Positions 59,927-64,000 of a DNA stretch of 64,000 nt are shown piece after piece. This stretch comes from Planctomycetota bacterium (GTDB lineage Bacteria > Planctomycetota > B15-G4 > JADJEK01). The stretch lies in contig JBGAIQ010000009.1 in assembly GCA_044225365.1 (NCBI GenBank), forward strand, positions 1 through 64,000, given 5' to 3'. The notes beneath the pieces were generated by a model. It saw only the letters and a list, made by a program, of their open reading frames with translations. It made no database searches and was not told where the DNA came from. The position numbers were made by a program, and so were the translations under genes. Position 1 is the stretch's first letter; the number at the start of each line of letters is the position of its first letter.

Positions 59927-59950
59927 GTCCGCTCCTTTGGCGAGTTGGCG
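59927..59950 (-). other. degenerate attC-like half site
   Basis: + strand GTCC GCTCCTTT GGCGA GTTGGCG, 7 bp after a stop codon. Confidence 0.45.
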
Positions 59951-59957
59951 GGCCACT

Positions 59958-60278
59958 TTACCAACCCATCACGGCGGGAAGTCGCCGGCCCGCCGCATCG
60001 ATCAGAGTCCAGAGGTCGATGAGAAAGCACAGGGCGAGCATGATTCGGCCGACCGTTGGAACGCGACGCCAGATCACGACAGAAAGCACCGAGGCCAAAG
60101 CCGCGATGCCGATGACCTGCATCACGATCGAACGATAGTCATTGTTTGCGAATGTGATCATGTTGATCGCGAACGCGTACAACGTCATGAGCAAGACGAG
60201 GGTGTAGCCCAGCGCAACCAACGGAAATGTCCTCCTTACCGGCCGGTTCGAAGATGCCGCCCCGAGGAATCCGTTCAA
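59958..60278 (-). CDS. small membrane hypothetical protein
   Basis: 3 TM segments; start uncertain. Confidence 0.6.
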   Translation of the reverse strand: MNGFLGAASSNRPVRRTFPLVALGYTLVLLMTLYAFAINMITFANNDYRSIVMQVIGIAALASVLSVVIWRRVPTVGRIMLALCFLIDLWTLIDAAGRRLPAVMGW

Positions 60279-60319
60279 TGCACACGCGGGCCCCCGAAGG
60301 AGCGCGCCGCATCGGGTTC

Positions 60320-60339
60320 GCTCGAGCGAGAGGTCATGC
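60320..60339 (-). other. attC-like half site containing the upstream stop codon
   Basis: + strand GCTCGAGC GAGAG GTCATGC; TGA stop lies inside R''. Confidence 0.5.
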
Positions 60340-60804
60340 GTCCATCCTCAGTAGGTGTGAAAGGATGCGGTTGAGAGTTTCGCGAAGTTCCATCCGCTCC
60401 TCGTCATCGAACGTCGGCACGAGGTTCGACATCCCGCACGAAAGGTACTCGAGAACGACCGCTCGCTCGTTGGCGGGCCAATGGCGAAATTCGAGGCGAA
60501 GCAATGTCTCCGACAGATGAAGGGGGTACAACGGCGGCTCGTGCCAAGGAGGGCCGAGGATTCGAAGGATACGCGGGAGATAGCGCCGGTAGGCACTGGC
60601 ATTTTCGCAATGGTCGAACGACTCCCACAACAACTTGCGACTGAGATCGTGGTCGAGCGCCTCGAGCGGTATGGAGGCGAGTCGATCGATGTCGTCCTCG
60701 GAGTAACAGTAATTGCAGAATTCCGCACGGATCCGCTGGTAGGCAGCGAACGTCTTGTAGAGCGCACTCGTGTCCGGCGATGGCACTATGAACGGTTCTC
60801 GCAT
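60334..60804 (-). CDS. hypothetical protein
   Basis: YRRYLPRIL, WPANERAVV.EYL. Confidence 0.72.
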   Translation of the reverse strand: MREPFIVPSPDTSALYKTFAAYQRIRAEFCNYCYSEDDIDRLASIPLEALDHDLSRKLLWESFDHCENASAYRRYLPRILRILGPPWHEPPLYPLHLSETLLRLEFRHWPANERAVVLEYLSCGMSNLVPTFDDEERMELRETLNRILSHLLRMDA

Positions 60805-61122
60805 GAGGCACATCGCAGCCGAGGAAATTGGACCTCTTCGACCTCGAACTGGCGCCTGAGGCAGCAGTCTATCGTCCACAGGTCGTCCTGTCGCCGTCAT
60901 CGGACCACGATCGTGTGTCGTTCACGTGGCCCGTCTCTTGAGGTCACATCCTCCCGAGCCGTGTCGATCCAGATCTCGCAACCTTGTCGGGCGAGGCCGG
61001 CTCGTGGTCGATGAGGCGCAGACCCCTGTCGGAACGCACGCAGTCGCGAAGGGTCAGGCAGCCGCAAACAGCGCGTCGGCCAAGGCCCGCGAGGAGGCGT
61101 CCAGGCCGTCATAGGCGCCCAT

Positions 61123-61662
61123 TCACGTTTCGTCGCGCTCGATCCTTCCACCGGACACGACCAAATGCGGCGCGTCTGCTTCGGGGCGAAAGAGCCGCCA
61201 ATCCTCATCGATCGATCCAGACGGGAACACTGCAAGTCTATACCCGCCGTTGAAGGCGATCGTGAATGAGCCGTGCGATTGAATCGCGACCGACTCGACG
61301 AGCAAACCAGTATCGTTCGACATGACTCGCTCCATCCGCAGATCTTGCACGTTACCGTCACGGTCGTAATCCCGGTCGTCGTCCGAGAATCCCTCGGGTT
61401 CATGGAGCGGCCGCAGTAGATCGGCCCGACCCGTGACGATTTCCTTGTCCGTCTCGATTCGCCACGGACACTGAATATGGAGGGCAAAGTCGCACACTGT
61501 TCCGCGCGGCTCGCCCTTTCGAAAGGGAAGTACCGATTCCGCCGCGCGACGGATGGTGCCGAAGTGAAGTACGCGCATGTCGCAAGCCCGTCTTGCGATG
61601 GACAGCTTCAGGCCAACCAACTGCTTCAGCGCTTCGAGGATCTCAGTATCATCCCGATCCAA
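61123..61662 (-). CDS. hypothetical protein
   Basis: ALHIQCPWRI, EDWRLFRP. Confidence 0.8.
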   Translation of the reverse strand: MDRDDTEILEALKQLVGLKLSIARRACDMRVLHFGTIRRAAESVLPFRKGEPRGTVCDFALHIQCPWRIETDKEIVTGRADLLRPLHEPEGFSDDDRDYDRDGNVQDLRMERVMSNDTGLLVESVAIQSHGSFTIAFNGGYRLAVFPSGSIDEDWRLFRPEADAPHLVVSGGRIERDET

Positions 61663-61678
61663 TCATATGTCCTTTGGA

Positions 61679-61847
61679 GAAGAGCGGCTGAGCTGAGCGG
61701 TGCGCGCGCTTGCATCGGAGATCGTCCTTTCTCTTCCGACGCGTCTCACCGCGCGAGGTGGTAGGCCGCGAGCCGCACCCCGCGATTCAGCGTTGGGCAA
61801 GTCGAGTGTAGCTGTATGAGATCATTCGTTGCAACGGCACGTTATCG
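61679..61847 (-). other. degenerate attC site (61679-61798) plus a second half site (61828-61847)
   Basis: + strand GAAGAGC GGCTGA GCTGAGC...GTTGGGC; GTTGCAAC GGCAC GTTATCG with a TAA stop inside R''. Confidence 0.55.
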
Positions 61848-62696
61848 GGCACGCCACCATCCGTCCGCCTCGAAAAGCATCGCGGCAGCCTCCTGCGCGA
61901 CGATCGCGGGCGGCGTGCCGTTGTCGTAGCGCAACCACTTGCCATCTTCGCCCATCGTCGGAGCTCCGAGGCGATGAGACAGATTGGGATGAAGATCGTG
62001 AGTGGTCACCTTGTTGGGCGGAACCGCCTTACCCCAGCCCAATATCACGCCGGTCGGTCCGCATCGACCGATCTCGATCACGAATCCCCCGCCCCACCTA
62101 TCGAATTGTATGGTCAAAAGATCGATGCCGGTCGAAGCGGCACGCCGAAAGTGCGGCAACGATCCTTTGAACCCGCGTGCGCGCAACTGCGGCACGAAGT
62201 GTTCTCGCAAGGCGTCTTTCATCGCGTCATTGCTCATGTCATGTTCTCTCCATCCTCGAGCGGCGAGTTCGCAAGCAAAATCTGCCGGGATACACGAATA
62301 ATGGGGAGCGCGCTGCTCGTCATCCGTCGGCGAAGGCGTAAAGCGCACGAACTCGGCTTTCTCCCGGCGGCGATCCATCCAACGCCAGATTCGGTAGTTC
62401 ACCTGTCCCTTGACGGGCGGCTGCTGAAGTAACTCCGGCCCGGCGAGGTGCGAGAAGTCGTTGTCGCGACGGACTCGAAGGATCCGGTCTTCGCGTTTCG
62501 GGATGATGAAATCCACCGCCGCGTTGAAGCCCTCTCCGATCGCTCGCTCGGCAACAACGGGCGGTGACGACCGCGGACCGTGAAAGACGAATACCCAATG
62601 GCCCCCGAACAAGATCTGCTTGGTCATTACAGCGATCAAGAAGTAGACGCCGTCTTTTCGGACTGCGACAAGGTCACCCGAGCGGATCTGAATCAC
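61842..62696 (-). CDS. hypothetical domain fused in frame to a DUF4304 domain (internal start 62237)
   Basis: VPQLRARGFKGSLPHFRR..QFDRWGGGF. Confidence 0.78.
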   Translation of the reverse strand: MIQIRSGDLVAVRKDGVYFLIAVMTKQILFGGHWVFVFHGPRSSPPVVAERAIGEGFNAAVDFIIPKREDRILRVRRDNDFSHLAGPELLQQPPVKGQVNYRIWRWMDRRREKAEFVRFTPSPTDDEQRAPHYSCIPADFACELAARGWREHDMSNDAMKDALREHFVPQLRARGFKGSLPHFRRAASTGIDLLTIQFDRWGGGFVIEIGRCGPTGVILGWGKAVPPNKVTTHDLHPNLSHRLGAPTMGEDGKWLRYDNGTPPAIVAQEAAAMLFEADGWWRAR

Positions 62697-62726
62697 GGAA
62701 GCACCTGAGTTGCAGTCGACCGGTCT

Positions 62727-62839
62727 TCACAACGGTTGAGCTCGTTCGGGAACGCGGGCTCGCGCCTTCCGGGAAACGTCATTTCAGTCCGAACACGGCT
62801 GTTCATCCATCGCCTGTTCGTTCGAGCGAAGTGTTCGAC
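62727..62839 (-). other. integron attC-like site (113 bp)
   Basis: + (bottom) strand TCACAAC GGTTGA GCTCG...TTCGAGC GAAGT GTTCGAC: intact AAC/GTT cores with 6- and 5-bp spacers. Confidence 0.65.
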
Positions 62840-62922
62840 CGAAACTCACCCGATCGCCACGGACGGCGAACCGATCTGTCGCACTTTCGGATGCAGCGAA
62901 ACATTCGGTCTCGCTTTCACGG

Positions 62923-63294
62923 CTACCAGTACGCTTCGAGGCCATGGCCGCGCGAGGACCAATACTCGCACCACCGTGCCGCGGTGAACAGAATATGAGC
63001 TCTTGATTCTTCACTGCCTTCCTCGAACTCTGGGCGTGCCACGCGCTCCACGTGAGCAACTCCCGCCTTTGCGGAGAACGACGTTGCCCTTGCACGTAGT
63101 TCATGACCCAGTGCCTCTAGGCCTGGTGCGAGACAACTCTCGTAGCATTTCTCCAGGGTTGCCATTCCGATGATGTCCTCGCAGTCATGCAGAAACTGCG
63201 CGCGAAAACTGGGTCTTCCGGGAATCGTGTGGGTTTGAGGCTCAAAATCGCTTGGTTCGGCTGACAGCGTGACGTGAACCCGTTCCACGCTCAC
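62923..63294 (-). CDS. hypothetical protein
   Basis: SFRAQFL.DC, AARWCEYWSSRGHGLEAYW. Confidence 0.78.
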   Translation of the reverse strand: MSVERVHVTLSAEPSDFEPQTHTIPGRPSFRAQFLHDCEDIIGMATLEKCYESCLAPGLEALGHELRARATSFSAKAGVAHVERVARPEFEEGSEESRAHILFTAARWCEYWSSRGHGLEAYW

Positions 63295-63410
63295 TCAACC
63301 TCAGACTCCGAAGCTGAGAGGGTGCACCGCCCTCTGGCCCCACCTCCGTCGTCGTCGGTCCTTCGCTCGCGTTCGCTCGCTCGGTCCGCGACCGACGCCG
63401 ACGGCGATGG

Positions 63411-64000
63411 GGCTGCGAGGGCTCGGGTGGCGTACTGGGCCGCAGTTCCCGAGCCTGTCCAGATCGCGTCGAGTCGCTACCGTTCGGGGGATGAACGACA
63501 ATGAACTCTATGCGCGGATCCTGGGACTTGAGACTCCGTGGCGAGTGACCAAGGTGGACCTCGCCTTGAAGAAGGGCGAAGTGTTGGTGGTCGTCGAGAT
63601 GGATCCGTCGGGGGCGCGATTGTGCGCCGAGTGCGGAGCCGCAAGCCCTGGCTACGACACGTTGGTTCGGCGCTGGCGTCACCTCGACACCTGCCAGTAC
63701 CGGACGATCCTTGAGGCGCAGGTGCCGCGCACGAATTGCGCGACGCACGGCGTGAAACAGGTCCGCACTCCGTGGGCGGAAGCGGGCTCGCGATTCACGG
63801 CGCTGTTCGAAGCGATGGTGATCGCGTGGCTGAAGCAGGCGAGTGCTGCGGGCGTCGCGAAGGAGATGCACCTGAGTTGGGACGAGGTCGACGGGATACA
63901 AGGACGCGCGGTGAAGCGAGGGCTTGAGCGGCGTCACGTGAGGTATCCCAAGCGCCTCGGCGTCGACGAAACGTCGTTTCAGAAGCGGCACGAGTATGTG
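63411..64000 (+). mobile_element. ISL3 insertion sequence (left part; left end approximate)
   Basis: Transposase ORF; GGCT..GGGTGG motif ~80 bp upstream resembles an ISL3 left end. Confidence 0.75.
63491..64000 (+). CDS. ISL3 family transposase (partial)
   Basis: Manual translation MNDNELYARILGLETPWRV..CAECG..RRWRHLDTCQY..PWA..SRFTALFE..LGVDETSFQKRHEY. Confidence 0.93.
   Translation, partial: MNDNELYARILGLETPWRVTKVDLALKKGEVLVVVEMDPSGARLCAECGAASPGYDTLVRRWRHLDTCQYRTILEAQVPRTNCATHGVKQVRTPWAEAGSRFTALFEAMVIAWLKQASAAGVAKEMHLSWDEVDGIQGRAVKRGLERRHVRYPKRLGVDETSFQKRHEYV

Noticed and set aside
60806-61122. Long spacer with CGAAGGGTCAGGC and a possible gene fragment
   Set aside because: Too degenerate to assign as attC or pseudogene by eye

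Overview
High-GC bacterial window, most likely Planctomycetota (DUF1501 plus DUF1549/DUF1553 pair). About 80 genes, nearly 90% on the minus strand, mostly small accessory genes: 9 VOC/glyoxalase, 3 DUF1801, 2 DinB-like, 3 SDR, GNAT, NUDIX, HD, macro, GyrI-like, methyltransferases and many immunity-like hypotheticals. Larger genes include serA, an S9 peptidase, a PDZ-TPR-CHAT protein and an ECF42-like sigma/YciI module; a truncated ISL3 transposase ends the window. Main finding: intergenic spacers of the right ~9 kb hold degenerate integron attC-like sites, all oriented with the minus-strand genes. They fade leftwards into attC-less, ATGA-coupled gene strings, suggesting a large decaying cassette array of detoxification and orphan-immunity genes whose attI/integrase would lie beyond the right edge. 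Also present: a palindromic repeat family (core CGGATCGCAGCCG) in three tandem arrays and an AT-rich 29-bp inverted-repeat element. All family calls are by motif recognition, not database search; starts were adjusted by eye.
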